A stretch of DNA of 64,000 bases. Source: Paragordius varius (taxonomy: Eukaryota; Animalia; Nematomorpha). The notes under the pieces are model-generated. The model did not search any database. It was given only the letters and a program-made list of their open reading frames with translations, and had not been told where the DNA came from. A program made the position numbers and the translations under genes. The stretch lies in assembly GCA_964247055.1 (NCBI GenBank), contig OZ176054.1, forward strand, positions 12,276,001-12,340,000. Reading direction: 5' to 3'. Of the stretch, positions 26,109-41,110 are shown one piece after another (position 1 is the first letter of the stretch; every line of letters begins with the position of its first letter).

Positions 26109-27840
26109 GTTTATATTAACTAAATGACAAAAAAATGAAAAAATATTTTTTAGTTGTTATTTACGGTAAAATATGAATGTTAAGATTTTAATAGTGAGTT
26201 TAGCTAACAGAAATTTAAAAAAAAAATTTTATGGTTTGATAAAATTTTTTTATATTTTGGGTGTGTTAAAGCCACCTTTTAAACTGAGATTTTATAGAAA
26301 CGGTGATTATATGATTTTAGGCTATTAATATATTGAATATATCTGCAAAAAGACTAAAACACCATGATATCTCAACTTTTGTCATTGTTTTTTGAAATAT
26401 CCTTAATTTTCACTTTTTGACCCATTTCGATCCTCTCTTCTTAATAAAAAACTAGTTCGTCAACGAATTATAATTTATACGGTAATGAATGCGCTAGTCA
26501 TAAGCTATATCATGAAAAAAAATCATTTGCATAGTGTCTATGTATCTACAGATCATTTATCATTTTGATAATAAAGAATAATAATTTATTTTTCTATAAT
26601 TTCATAATGATAGCATGTGATAAATCCTTGATCATAGTTTTGACTTCTGGTTGAACCTAAAAACAATAAACAAATATTTTAAATTCAATCAAATTATCCA
26701 ATTTTATAAAATTTAATATGAATCTGTGGTTTTATATAATAATACCTTAAAAAGAATCGGTCCTTATTTATAATTTTTACAATATTAAACTATTTAACCC
26801 AAAAACCAGTAATCAAAAATATCTTTAAATCCTAAAATCTAGATGCAATATGGTTATATGCACATTTATAAACCAACACAAAATTATATAATAATGAAAA
26901 AGTATAAACCGTATGTCGATTATTAAAAAAATATGTAATATAAGAATAATCCTTTATATTAAAAAAAACATCTTTAAATCGTAAAATCCAAATGCAATAT
27001 GGATATATGCACAAATAAAAACAAGTTATTATCTGTAAAAACAATACAATTCTACAACAAAATAACCACAAACGATAAATATACCCTAAAACTAGAAATT
27101 TTTTATTTAATTTAATATCCCGTTCAAATTTGATAAAAAACTAAATATCTAACAATATATTTAGGTTAGAACCCTATTTTTTCAAAAAAATATAAATAAA
27201 ATATCATTTGCTATGAAATTCAAAAATTTACAAAAGTGGCAGGGTGTCGGTGGAAAGATTTTTATATCCATCTCATGATTTCATACAACATTGTTTTATT
27301 GTTCAGGGAATCCAAAACATTGTTTGATTGAAATAGCTTCCCAAGAAACCGTAAGAGGTAAATCAAAAAGCTAAATAGTATATATATATATATATACTAA
27401 AATTAATTTATAAATAAAATTATTGGTAAAAATCGCATAATATAACTTTACGAATAAATTTAAAAAAATATTTTTCAGCTATTTTAGTAAAATTTTTTTA
27501 TCCATTAATATAGCAAAAATTAAGAAAAAATAAACATAAACATCCAAATTAGAGTTATATAGCAAAATGAAGGGTAATATCTATGTTTGAGGATAAATAT
27601 TGTAATAAAAAATGGGAAACCACAAAAAAATAATTTTACTTTGGTGAATTATTATTTATGGAGAATAAGGAACCGATTTCCTGTTCAAAAGATTCGAAAT
27701 TTTTAGCGTTTAAAATTTCCATTATGTCCGACAACTTAACTACATATGGTAAATAAATATTAAAAATATAAAATTATAATTTAATTAAATATTATAAATT
27801 TGAACATATATATATATAAATATATATGCCATTTACAAAT

Positions 27841-28071
27841 CAAATTCATCCTTGAACAATTCGAATGCACCTTAAAAATAATATATGCGTTTTCGAACTA
27901 ATATACCTATCATTAATATTAAACATATCTCAATGACATAGTTTATCATTTTTAGCATTAATTTAATTTTAAACAAAATCTAATTTTTTAATTTAAAAAA
28001 TATAGATAATTTCTAATTTTAATAAATCAAATTATTTTAGGGTAAATTTAAATTGTTCGATGGTGAATTTA
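27841..28071. mobile_element. Hairpin MITE, family C copy 1
   Basis: About 40-bp imperfect TIR caaattcatccttgaacaattcgaatgcaccttaaaaataa; homologous to 29277-29520. Confidence 0.55.
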
Positions 28072-29276
28072 AACTTTAGATGGTGTTATATAAATTAAAA
28101 CTATTTATAGATTACTCAATATTTTAGCATAAGGGCCCAATGTTTCAAGAGGTACTTTCCTAAATGAAAACGCGTAATCCTCAATACACGTATCAGTTAA
28201 TGTATTGTCATTAAGCAATCTATTAATTGAACAAAAAATAAAAATTTTGATATTTTAAAGGATATTATTATATTTATATGGTAAAAATAAATGTTTGAAA
28301 AGCTATGATTGTGTTTAAAAAAATTATGCCTTTACTTTTTACGTTTTTATGTATAAATTCAATTTTTAATGAAAAAAACAAGGTTTCAAATATATATTGT
28401 CTTTTTTTAAAAAAAATTAGTTCAATTGTTACGTTTTGTTTTTATAATATCAATTTTATGTAATTATTAAAAAAATTTAAATGTTAAAAAATTTAAAAAA
28501 ATATTTTTTTACTTAAAACAAATCTCTTCAACCAGTAACTTTGATTGCTTAGAACGAAAAGCCCATGCTAACGCCATATCATATTGATTTTGTCGCAAAA
28601 ATTGATTAACCATAATTTTACATAGGGTATCAGCTTTTGGTATAAAATAAATTAATTTCGTGGAAAAAAAATGTAATATATTTTTCAATATTTTAAATAA
28701 TATAGTAATTTTGGCAATAATCTTTTGTAATTTAAAAAATATAATCACTTTTTTTATTAATCTTAAAATTTGCAAAAATAAGTTTGTCATGGTTTTTGAA
28801 CAAACCCATTGGAAAATAGTTTAATTTATTAAATATGGTCAAATGTGTAAAATTTTAGATAGTGAATAAAATAGTCATTTGTTTTTCTACTATTAATATA
28901 AAAAAAGTTTAAAATTAATAATATTAGTTTTAAAAACTCTATTGGTTAATCAGTTATTAAGAGTTTTGAAAGATCGAAAAAATTTTTTGTATTGTTAATT
29001 TATTATACATGTCAAATTATTTAATAATTAAACATTACGATTCCGTTGATATAAATTAGTAGATTATTATTTTGAAAATCTTTTTTAAGAATTCAAAATG
29101 ATAAGATTGTAAAAAAATTATAAACCATATACAAGTCCTCTTTTTTGACATGCTTGATAGATGCGTATAGCTAAATGACCATATTCAGGATCGAATATGG
29201 GGATACGTGAGTAAAATATGTTTAAATAATGTCTACAAATTTTAAAATCAATATAAATAATATTCCATTTATTATT

Positions 29277-29520
29277 CAAATTCACCCCTCGAACAATTTA
29301 AATTCACCCTAAAAATAATTTGTAATTTCGGGCAGCTAATATAACTCATTATTAATATTAAATATATATTTATGGCTTAATTTAGTACATTTTCAGTATT
29401 ATTTTAATATTAAACAAAATATTATTTTTTAAGAATATAAAACATATAGCTAATATATTTCATCTTAAAATACACATAATTTATTTTAGGGTGAATTTGA
29501 ATTGTTCAAGAGTGAATTTG
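29277..29520. mobile_element. Hairpin MITE, family C copy 2
   Basis: TIR caaattcacccctcgaacaatttaaattcaccctaaaaataa / ttattttagggtgaatttgaattgttcaagagtgaatttg. Confidence 0.55.
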
Positions 29521-29709
29521 TAGTGGAAATGGTATAGAAATAAAAAATTTATAATTGCGTAAATTATTTTAAATATTCCAAATTTTTATGTCGGGGAATC
29601 GATTTTGCCATAAAAATTTTTAGGGAAAACTTTAATTGTAAAATAGAGTATTGGTTAATTCGGTTTTTTTATATAAAAAATAATTATCTGTTTAATTTTA
29701 TTTAAATTA

Positions 29710-30562
29710 CAGTAAAATTGAAATTATATGAACAAAACGTAAAAATATAAAGACAAATATATTTTTATAAAAGATAACCATAGTTTTTTAAACCGAAATT
29801 AATTCTGTAAAGTACTTAATAACAAGCCTAAGTATATAAGTGATTATGTTACCAATATACATCTCTATTTTATACTTTGAAAATAAAAAACAATGAGTTA
29901 AATTTAAATTAATCAAAGTTTAAAAAGTATGGTTGTCTTTTAGAAGAAATTATTATATTTTAACGTTTCCGTATAATATCAATTTTTATTTAAATTAATC
30001 CTCTTTATTTTATATGTTATATTTTAGCAAATATAATAGTTTATCAAGATATTAGATCATTAAAATTATTACTTTCCTAACACCGGGCATGTATCCAAGT
30101 ATATTGACCAAATTTCATGCAAACTAAAATAAATAATATATGTAATAATTTTATTAAAAAATTAATTTTGTCATAAAATTAATACCAAGGGTATGTATAA
30201 AATAAAAAGATGAAATAAAGAGCAAGAAATAGTGAATATAATTGACACAAATTTGATATTTTAAAAAATGAAAATAAATGATTTATTTTTAATGTTTTTA
30301 AATTTGGTATTTTATGATAGATTTAGATGTAATTTTTTTGGAGAAAACATGGAAAGCGGTTTATAAATATCTCTATTGTCAAATATTTAAAAATAATACT
30401 TAACAAGCATTGTTTAATATAAAATTTTAATTAATTAAAACAAATGTATAAATTAAAGTTTTGAACTAAAATATATTACCTATAATTATCACTCATACTA
30501 GAGACGTATTCATAAACAATAAATTCCCTGAGATCAAATTGTTCGTTTACTGTTCTATAGGA

Positions 30563-30598
<36 letters not shown>

Positions 30599-31604
30599 TG
30601 AGGTTAAAAAATTTTTTTGGTAAAATTAAAATAAACGCAAAACATAAAAGTCAAATAAAAAAAAAATATATTTTACAAACTTTTTTAGAAAGGATAAATC
30701 AGTGTTATAAAATGATAAACAAACTAAAAAATATGGGTTTGCTTGGAATATTTAGTTCACTTTAAAAGAATTTTGTTATTACAGTAAACAAAATGTTAAA
30801 ATATAAAAACATTTTTCTTTTCAAAAGACAACCATACTTTTTAAACTTTAATTTATATTAGAGTAAAATATGTGATTGATTGTGTTACCAATATACATCT
30901 CTATTTAAATACTTTAGAGTTTAAAAAAATACGTTATAATTAAGTAAATTAAGATTAAAAAGTATGAGTGTTTCGGTAAAAAAAATTTTGTCTTTAAGTT
31001 TTTAGGTTTTGTCCGTATAATATCAAACTTTACTGTTTAATTTTTTTACCACACAAATATAAAATACTTATTTTCACTCCGAAAATTTTTGATTGCATCC
31101 AAAAACACGTCTTTGAAAAGTGGACTTTTATAGAATTGATCGCACAAATGAACTGGAAACATCCAATCATCATATGAATTACTAAACAAAATATATAGTT
31201 AAAGTTTTATAAAATAAAAATTATTAATTTAAATGAGATTTTTTTTGACTTTTGCATTATTGTTCATTTTTAATAATATTTTTATCGACATTTCTTAAAT
31301 TTTGTGACATTTAATAAGTTAAAAGCTTAAATAGTTACAGTAAAAACTGAAATTATACGGACAAAACATTAAAATATAAGGACCATTATTTCTTTCTAAA
31401 AGACAACCACCATACTTTTTGAATTTTAATTTTTTTTAAATATACCTCATTGTTTTATACTGCATAATATGAAATTGATATGATTATTTGTAAGGCAAAC
31501 AATTAAATTATATAAAAAAATTAAGGCTTAAAAAAATTATGGTTTTCTTTTAAAAAAAATATGTGTATTATTTTTACATTTTGTCCGTATAATTTAGTTT
31601 ATTG
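29710..31604. mobile_element. Cluster of three Tc1/mariner-type MITEs (family B): 29710-29992, 30782-31035, 31338-31604
   Basis: TA|CAGTAAA...TTATACGGACAAAAC termini, inverted ends gttttgtccgtataat...tactg, shared interiors; partial copy at about 28330-28460. Confidence 0.65.
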
Positions 31605-31615
31605 TATATAAGACC

Positions 31616-31625
<10 letters not shown>

Positions 31626-31663
<38 letters not shown>
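31626..31663. repeat. (TA)n microsatellite (others at about 11222, 25606, 27378, 30562, 39882, 43985, 55692)
   Basis: Direct reading. Confidence 0.95.
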
Positions 31664-31667
<4 letters not shown>

Positions 31668-33063
31668 AGTTAAATTTCAAATGATTTAAGGGCATTAAAC
31701 ATTACATAAATAAAATTAATTACATGGATTTTTCCTGCATCCTTAGTTTGAAAATATTTTACAAATAAAAATTAATTTTTAAAAAGTTTTGGATGATTAA
31801 CTATAAAGACTCTTGATTATATTTTAGGGACAGATTTGGCTTAAAAAATTATGCTTTAATGTTTTTTGATTATGCGTACTGATTTAAAATATTTTCGAAT
31901 ATAATAGAAATGAAGGTAGTTTTAAATAAAATATTTTTACCAAATTTTAACGACAAGCGAGACTGGGTCCATAGAAAATGCTTGAAAAATTATAGCTTCC
32001 AAATCATCATTTTCATTTTCATCCATCAGGTCAGGGTACCATAAGGCTTGAAATTTCTAAATACAAAAAATAGTTAAGAAAATTTTATATCAAATATATA
32101 TTGTTTTTTGTCTTATAAACTTTTAAATCTATAATTTAAAACATAAAATCTATCAATTTAGAAAATGTTAATATAATGAAGCTTTTAACTAACTTTCACG
32201 TAAAATGGTAAATTTGTTTTGAGATCATTCAGTTGAGATGACATTTGATATATGATTTGAGCCAAAAAAATTGAAAAGGTCGGCAATGTTAAGTTATCGC
32301 TTTTCTTAGTATCTTGTTCTTTATTGCCTAGGAAATTTTACGGGTTTACAGTGAAATTTTAAAGCAAATTCATTAAGATAAAACATAAAAATTTGAAGAC
32401 TAATATTATATTATAAAACACATCACATTATTTAAAAAATTTGTTTTTAATATTTTAGTTTAGATTAACGATATATAGAATAGGGATTTATATTGGTAAC
32501 ACACGCAATTTTGTATTTCACAATTGAAATTATATATGTTTACTTAATAAAATTAGGGTTTATGAATATAGTTACTTAAAAAGTTGGCCCTTTATTTTTA
32601 AATTTTTGCCTTTAAAATTATAAAATTTTAAGTTTATACTTGATTCGTTATTTAACAAAGAGTTATCGCTTTCTGGCATACTAATGGTAAAGGTTGATGG
32701 ATTAAAGCACGTTTCGTTTCCCGTAATAATCTATGCGAATATAAAAATTAAAATTATAGCAGACCTTTCATAATGAATGCCCCTGCATAATTGTTTAAAA
32801 AATACAAGGCTTATGCATCATAAAATTAAAATAAAAAAGGGTAATAAGGTTTTTAATTTATAAATTTATTTATAAACAAAATTTTTAACAGAAAATAATC
32901 AATGTAACAAAAAATTGAAATTCATAAAAAAAAATAATTGATTAATAATTATTTGGTAGCTCAAGCTTAAAAGAAAAAGTATACGTTACTTTAACGATAA
33001 AAATGTTTTGAAACTCAGACCAGTATCTAATTAAATTATAAAGATAATGTTTTTAAAAAATCA

Positions 33064-34200
33064 TTATAAAAATAGATTTCCTGTATTATCATATAGAGTT
33101 TGGCAAAAACTAAACAAAATATTCAATACTTTAAAAACACAAATTAATAGTTCGATATAATTGTTGTTAGAATCAGTATTATTGTTTAAAGCTTTTTCAT
33201 ATTGGGTTAAATCGGAAAGAATTTGTAGACCTTCGTTTCTCCAAACATCACAACAAGTTTTAAATTCATAATCATGTATGAATCCATCCATATACTAGGC
33301 ATAAAATTTAAAAATGATATGTATCGATTCGAAAAATCTCAAGACTTTTTTAATACAATATTGAAACATAAACATATTATAATAAAACAGTTTATTACAG
33401 TTATATAAATGGTAATCTAAGATTATATTTAAAATTATTATCATACGTATTTTTTTGGAAAATAGAAAAGATAGAAAGTTAGGGCGCATTTAAATAATTT
33501 TTGATCAAAGGAATTATATATAAATAAAAAATTATACCAAATATAAATAATAATCACAATAAAATATTTTAATTTTAAGGTTATAACACAAAAAGTAATT
33601 TTTAGGTAAAAACTGATAAAATTCATTCATACCTTATAGAAAGGCCAAGCTTTTAAGTGCATACATGCATTTTCTATCATAGAATTCGAGTCTTCATGGC
33701 TATTAATTTGGGCAAAAAAATTGGATATTATATCTAATTGTCCTTGATAAGCTAATATAAGGATCTATGCATTACATAAGATTAAAAACCGATTCCCATA
33801 ATTTATTATCCAATAATATATTATTATTGTGCATATTATCGCAAATATATTGAGCCGATCCCATATAAGAACAAGAAATCAATTTAAGAACATTAATTAA
33901 TACATTGATTTCTTTATCTATAAAAATTATTCGAAAAAAAATTACCATCAGTGAAATAGAGAACATGTATTATATTCCAAACAAAATAAATTTCGGAATA
34001 AAGGGTTTTTAGGGCTGTTGTGTCTTTAAAATCACCACAATCCAAATTTTGTAAAAAAGATTGCAATATTGCGCAATATTTAATGTTAGAATCGCTGTAG
34101 ATAATATAATTTAATTACTTGTTGTCACACGCATATATACCTTATATTATAAAAAAAATATATATACTTGCAAATTCTTTTATTAATTTATATTCTTTAT
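33064..34200 (-). pseudogene. Putative multi-exon host gene or pseudogene with very short introns; product unknown
   Basis: Protein-like exons (33064-33291, 33640-33917, 33946-34094) separated by GT-AG intervals, e.g. 33918-33945 (28 nt) and 34095-34140 (46 nt). Two in-frame TAA in the 33640-33917 exon. Confidence 0.4.
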
Positions 34201-35003
34201 CAGTCCGTACCCTATTTAATTGTTTGATATTCAACTTTTGTTGATTAAACAACAATAATTTATTATTATTTATCCAGGACATTTCAAATTTTAAATAATA
34301 ATATGTGAACTACCTCAAAAATGTTTACATTTGAATAAATAATGTTCCATACTATTTGCGGAAAATAATATACTTTTAATATGTTTTTACAGAAAATCAA
34401 AAATTATTTCTTATTTAATTACCCCAACTTTTGGCCGACAATTTTTTGAAAACTTGGAGGAAAGCTAGTCCAATATGTAATCTAAAATTGAAAATGTGGT
34501 GTCAAAAAGGTTATATGCGCAACATAGAAGTCAATATTTCAATCCGATATTATCGTAAGCATACAATAGTTTTATCATAATATAACCATTTCATCATTCT
34601 ATCACGAAATCGGCAAGTATATATATATTTATTGTTAATGGAAAAGAATATAATATTAGGTCAAGAGTTTTAAATTAATAAAATACATCATTAAAATAAT
34701 GTTTTTATAATATAATTATACGCACGTTACATAATGGTTATAAAAAATTGGATAAATCTACCAGGATTTTCAGAGGGCTTGGTTTGCCTCACGAAGGATA
34801 TAAGAGAGACGTAACTTTGTGTTATATAAATATTAGAAAAAAGCGAAATCGGCTCACATTGCTTAATTATTTATTTGGGTGAAAAAACGCTTATCCTAAT
34901 AATTATCATTAATAAAAAAAACAATAATTTTTTATATAACATTTTAGATTTGGGTGAAAATCTCAAATTATTTAACCCATCCAAAATTGACATGTTTTCT
35001 TAA

Positions 35004-35573
35004 CACTTGGATACAACACATTCATTTTAGTCCTTTGATTCAAATTGGGGTAGTTAAATACCCCAGGCCTGTTTATAATTAAATTTTTTAAAAAATATGG
35101 AATGAATCGAAACCATGGCAAAATCTTGCACTTATATAACATTAATAAACCCAAATATATAAAAAATTTTAAATTACTTGATATAACTTATTTTAAGCTA
35201 AAACCGAAAGGTAAAAATTTAGTCAATGTGATATACGTGCAATGGTAAAATTAAAAAACAATACAAAATAAACAGCTTTTTCTATTTCTATCAATGTTAG
35301 ATGTAATTTAAATCAAAAATTAGCTTTGATTTTACCCTTAAAATTAAATAAAGACGATATTTTGTAAAATTTTTATAAAATAAAAATGGCGGCCAAGCAG
35401 TTTGACATGGAGCTTTTTTTTAAAAACAAAATTTTATTAAGATGTTTTTACATATTTATAAAATTTTTATTAGGATAGAAAGATAAATTTAAATTGGGAC
35501 CGTTTCCTTCAGTAGTTTTTTAAAAATTCTAACTCAAATTTAGTCTGGGGTATTTAGCAATTTGAATAAAGTG
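35004..35573. mobile_element. TTAA-flanked (piggyBac-like) MITE
   Basis: TTAA|CACTT ... AAGTG|TTAA; subterminal inverted repeat ttcaaattggggtagttaaatacccca / tggggtatttag-caatttgaa. Confidence 0.55.
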
Positions 35574-37249
35574 TTAAACATGCAGATATACCGATAATGC
35601 CCGATAATATTTTGAACATATGATGAATTTTGGCATCAGAAAATTTTTCTTAAAAACGGATATTACGCTTAAAAATTTTATTTTTAAAAGTTTTGGTAGT
35701 TTTAAGAAATTTTAAAGAATAGATATAAATCATTTTAGGTTATTATCAACATTTTTCTTGTGATACCACGATGCTAATCATTCTCTCAATCAGAATAATT
35801 CCGATATTTACAAAGACAGTTCTGTGTTTCACAAAAAAATCAATTAATTTTGGAGTCGAATACATTAAATTAAAGATGTGGGTGATAAGGATGATGATCA
35901 GGCTCATCGAATAAACTGTATTTTATTATCCTAGAGTGTTTTATTCCGTTTCCATCCTGCTTCATAAAACTCGCTTCAATAAAATTTTGCTATAAATTAA
36001 CTTTATTTTATGTCAAAATTTAGCATATCTTTATTTATCGCGTAATATCGTCATTTTTGATTTTAGTTAAAGAACTGCCCATTTTAGACGGGCCCAAAAT
36101 CTTTAAACTTTCTTAGCTTACATACAAAAATTTTATTAAAACTCTTGTTATGATATTTTTGAAATAAATCGTTTAGCTTTCACCGAGAATTTTTATTTAA
36201 TTTGATATGAGTTAAATTTTTTGACATGAAAAATTACCACAAAATTGGAAAAACTGAAAGCACCATATGAATCTTGATAGATTTTCCCTGTATATATTTT
36301 TCATCAGTATTTTTTGCGCTTTTCATATAGTATATGTATAAGGCAATCAAATCTATTAACCAACAAATCACATAAGCTATTATCAAAAATTAGCCGGGAG
36401 AATATAACTAAAGGTATATTTTTTGAACATAATACATTTTTTGCCAGTTGTTAAAGTTTTTAAATATTTTTTCCGAAAGTTTTAGATGATGATTTACAAT
36501 TGTGCATGCTAAAAAAATTGTATTACACTTAAAAGTCCGTAAAAGGCTTATTTTATTGGTTCAATATCATATTAACTTTTATTATTATTTGTATTCGCCC
36601 CAGGAAACTTCAGAATAATGTATTAAAAGTTACTAAATTAATGTTTTTTACCATCTTTATTCCTTATATAAGATAACTTTTGCTATGCTGACTCAGATAT
36701 GAGGTAAAGGTCCCTGTACGGGCACAGACAACGGTAAAAGACTGAAATTTTTACTTGATAAGTGTAATTATTTGAGATAATGTTTAAATAAATATAAAAA
36801 ATGTTAAAAAGATTCAACGATTATAAATATTATATAATTAATCAGAAAAGTGGATAAACTGTAAAATACTTATATATTATGTTTTAGGCAGGGGTGTATA
36901 AGACAATGGCTCTAGTAATTTCCAAACTTTGCGGGACGCAATAATGTATAAAACTTAAAAATTCGTTGATTATATTCTGACAGAAAATTTTATGAAATGA
37001 TTTTTTATTGTTTCAATTGGAGTTTAGTGCTTTTCTAGTAAAAGATCTAATTTTATCACATGAATATAGTAAATTACGATCATAATGAGTTATTTTATAG
37101 TTACAAATGCTAGAAGATAAATCTATCTTTAATTGCTTATCTTATAATGTTGAAAGATACATACTATGATTATTTACAAATATTATATGATATGAATACT
37201 AATTATGAAACTTTTTTTTGGTTGGACTGCTAGAACCTGATGCAATAGA

Positions 37250-38062
37250 GCACGCCGTCTCTCAAAACTCATTGTTTAATCCGTTGTTTTCAAAATATGT
37301 ATGAATGAGGTGACCAAAGTTGGTATTCCAAGGTTAGGATTACATGTATGCAGATGACATAATCATTTTATTGTGTCTGATTCACTGGGTGGTTAAAGTA
37401 AACAGTATAATGTGGCTTATGAAATTGAACGAATGCGGTCTGAGTGTCAACAAAACTAAAATAAAATTTATTAGTTTCAAGGAGTAACAACATGAGATGT
37501 AGGTTGATACGAGTTAGGTTTTAAAGGGTCAAAAAGGTGCAAATATTATAGGCCAATGAAAAGTTTTCAGTTGGCCCGTTGACTGATATTAATTTCATTA
37601 AGAGCCGTTGTTGAAATTGGAAGAAAATTTCAGTATGGTAAGATATATATTAGTTGTTTAACCCACAAGTATGTGCACGAATGTGAGGTTTCAAAAAAGC
37701 CGAAGAAAGCCATTTATAGAAAGGAAAAAGCTATGGACTTGTGTGGGGAACCAAGATCAGGGTAAGATTAAGTATAAATCTAATCATGAAACACGGGTGT
37801 TGAATCAAAGCGGAAAAAATGACAAAAAAAGACTGAATTGATTTAGGCATATTAAAAAGATAAAATCCTATTATGTAAAAATATAGTGATATATTTTTAA
37901 GAAAACGAGGACGTAGGCCTCCTAAAATGATATGGAGGAAAATAAATAGTGAACTAGCAAATAACAAGCTTAAGCTAAAGGCGTATATAGAGATATATAG
38001 CGTTAGAGAAATACATTACCGCTCTCACGATGGAAAACATGTACTGTAATAATAATAATAAA
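37250..38062 (+). mobile_element. Old 5'-truncated RTE LINE fragment
   Basis: MYADDIII (37344), GLSVNKTK, RLN*FRHIK, KRGRRPPK..W, (TAA)n tail near 38047. Confidence 0.7.
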
Positions 38063-38200
38063 ATCCCCTTCGACCACAATTTATATCGTCAATAAACTTT
38101 AGCAATTAATATATGATTATATGCTAATTTTATTTTTTGGTAAAAATACTCTAAATTAATATAATATAATGATGGACAAAATAATGAAATAATTTAAAGT

Positions 38201-39882
38201 CTATCCCCTAGGTCTTATGTTTAAAGCATATTGATTATTAATGATGCCAAGACGATCTCCTGCCGACAAAAGCAAATCCCTACAATTATCCGCTCCACAT
38301 TGAATTGAATAACGGTAGTTAAAATGGCCATTATACACTGACATCCTTGTACTATATTGATTTGGTAGGAGGTAAGGTTTGATTTGATCCCAGGTACCTG
38401 CTCTATTGTTCCATTCAATATCTAAAATATATTTTTGATCATTAGGTATTTAATTATACATTTCAACCAATAATATCTTGGAACAATTTTGTCATTTGGG
38501 TACTGTACTTAAAAAATGGTGATTAAATGCTTCATAACTAAAAGGCTTTTGATAACTTTTCTGGAAACCTTAAAGCGTGGGAATGTGCCCTAAATGTTAA
38601 ATTTGAATTTTATGTTAGGAGTATTGTGTAATCAATCAGTTATAAAAATTCATACCACATTCGTAATTTTATACACGGTCTTTAGCGCCAAAATAACATA
38701 TATATTAATAAGATGTATCTAAACTCTCTTTAATTAAACCTTTCGATCTAGATTTGCACTGCTGACGCTCCAATTTGATTTCATGAAGGGAATTCGATTT
38801 TTTCAGATAAATTTTGGAGTATTTGGATATTTCTGTTCTAGGACCACTTATTATCAACCTATCTTTATCCATGTAGGCTTCCAATTTGGTCAGATATTGG
38901 TAGGAAGGGCCAAGCAGTTCAACATCTTTCACATTCCATCCCAGTGTTGAAAAACTAACAATCTCTTCACACTGATAGTATTTTCGAGTACTCTTTGCTA
39001 AAACAATATATTTAAATTGTAAAAATCTTTTGCATTTGGCTCATTATCTTCGATTAATTAAAAGTATTTTATATGTATATATTTAAAAACCCAAAATCGG
39101 GCCCTTAAAATTATCATGATAATAAATGTACATTTTGATAAAATAATCCACAGGATTATCATTGTTCTTTTTTGAATTTACCAGTGATATAAAATTATTG
39201 TCTTTTGTGTTAATTGAATAAAATTGCAAAATAGTCGCACATTTTGCTGATTAAGTTTTTTGGAGGAAGCTAAACGCTTCATTCCAAAAAAATATCATCA
39301 AATTATATAATAAACTATAGAAGAAAAAGCACCACAGCGATTTTTAAAATTTTGTATGTGGGGTCGGAAAGACATAAATTTTTGGACACGTCTAAAATGG
39401 AAAGGTTTAGTCAAACTAAGCGCAAAATGCTTCGCCGGATAAATAATTAATATGGTATCGAAAAAAGTTCCCAGGAAAATTTAATATTGCTTAGAATTTT
39501 TATAAAGTTTTGGTGAAGCGAGTTTCATGGTATATTGAAGTATGGTGGATACGATTAAAAAACATCAAAAATAATTCGATGATGACACATTATTTTTAAA
39601 AAGGTGCTTTTGTGGAAGGAATCTTTTAATCGAAAATCTGAGATGGTAGAAATATTTTTGCATTATCGGATTATGTAGAAAGGATGTTTTTATAATATCT
39701 TAAGTTTTTGTACACCGTTTTTATCAGGCTTATATATACCATAAAAATCACTTCACCAATATTTTGCTAAATTAAATTTTTAAATATTCAATTTTTCGGG
39801 ATTCGTAAGGATCAAAGCACCATGAAATCCTAATACATTTATCTATTAGAATATATATTCATCAGAGAATTTTTGTGTCCAC

Positions 39883-39914
<32 letters not shown>

Positions 39915-41110
39915 AAATCAAAAATTTAACTTATTTGATAGGAGGATTTTTAAATTAATAAAAAAATCATTCAACATACTTAGTGTCACAATGGTTCTGT
40001 TGGGTAAAGGTCCAAAGTTTCCGGTAGCTTTGTCCCTTATTTCTAAATTGTAAAAATATTAAATCAACATAAATATAAATTGGATTATGTATCTCTATAA
40101 AAAAAATGAAAAACCATGAGTCTTTATCTTCCATGTGAGATAATGTTCACCATTCAGATACAATTGCAAATATTGATTATCAATCGCTGCTCTATTGATT
40201 CGAATTGATCCGATAGAGGTTTGTAAAAGAGTACTTCCACTCTTCAAAGTAAATTGACACGATTTTGCTAAGGTTTGATTTTCAAACAAATTTGAACATG
40301 CTTGTTGATTAATTAATCTCCCATTGTAACTTACATAAGCCGGAATGGGATTGTCAATTTTTGTGTAGAACCTAACCTTCTTACCATTTATTGTTAGGGT
40401 CAAATGTCCAATATAATCAAATATACCGGGTAGATCAAAATTTAATTTGGTTTTGTTTGACACTTTGAAGGGAACCCGTTTTCCATACATGGTGGTTAAT
40501 TGAATGTTAGGAGGGGATTTCGAAGATTTATTATAGGGTTGCCAATAATCATTTATATCGGCTTCGATTTCTTTGATATGATTGATTTTGACATATATTT
40601 TATCTGCATATTCTGGTAATCGGCAAAAATATATTTTTTAAACATATTCGCTGTTTAAAAGCAATGTTTTCTAATCCCTAGATATTTTTATTTTAATACA
40701 ATATTAAATAACATCTACTCTGACATTTGAAATTAGAATTTGATATAACAAAACATAAACTAGTGTATATCAGAATCTCAAAATAAAAGATACATCAATT
40801 AAAATATAACTATACCATATAATAAATTTCCTTTTGTCATCGTGATTCCATTTTTTATAACTGAATAAGGGCCATCTACCAGGTTTAATTTTGGCAGTAT
40901 TCCTTGATCAATAAACTCTGCGTATGTCACGTTTGTGTAAGTAAATTTTCCATAGGCAAAATTGACAGTTATATTGGCTCGGCCTTGGAATTCATTTAAA
41001 AGTTGGTAGTAAAATTTCGAGCGATACCCCACGGAAACATTATATTCTAATGGCTTTTGAGCCAAAACACTGCAGCACCCAAACAAGAGTAAAATTATTG
41101 CTGTCAACAT
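38201..41110 (-). CDS. Secreted protein of unknown family, paralog A, 444 aa; exons 41110-40816, 40612-40115, 40042-39980, 38997-38740, 38421-38201
   Basis: Manual splicing: four GT-AG introns, all phase 1; 1335-nt open frame ending TAG; signal-peptide-like MLTAIILLLFGCCSVLA; splice sites conserved with paralog B. Confidence 0.85.

Noticed and set aside
16900-34200. In-frame TAA/TAG at positions where Gln reads well (16.9-17.1 kb, 33.6-33.8 kb), suggesting a ciliate-type genetic code
   Set aside because: The two intact 440-codon genes have no internal TAA/TAG, use CAA/CAG for Gln and end in TAG. C-to-T decay in pseudogenes explains the stops.
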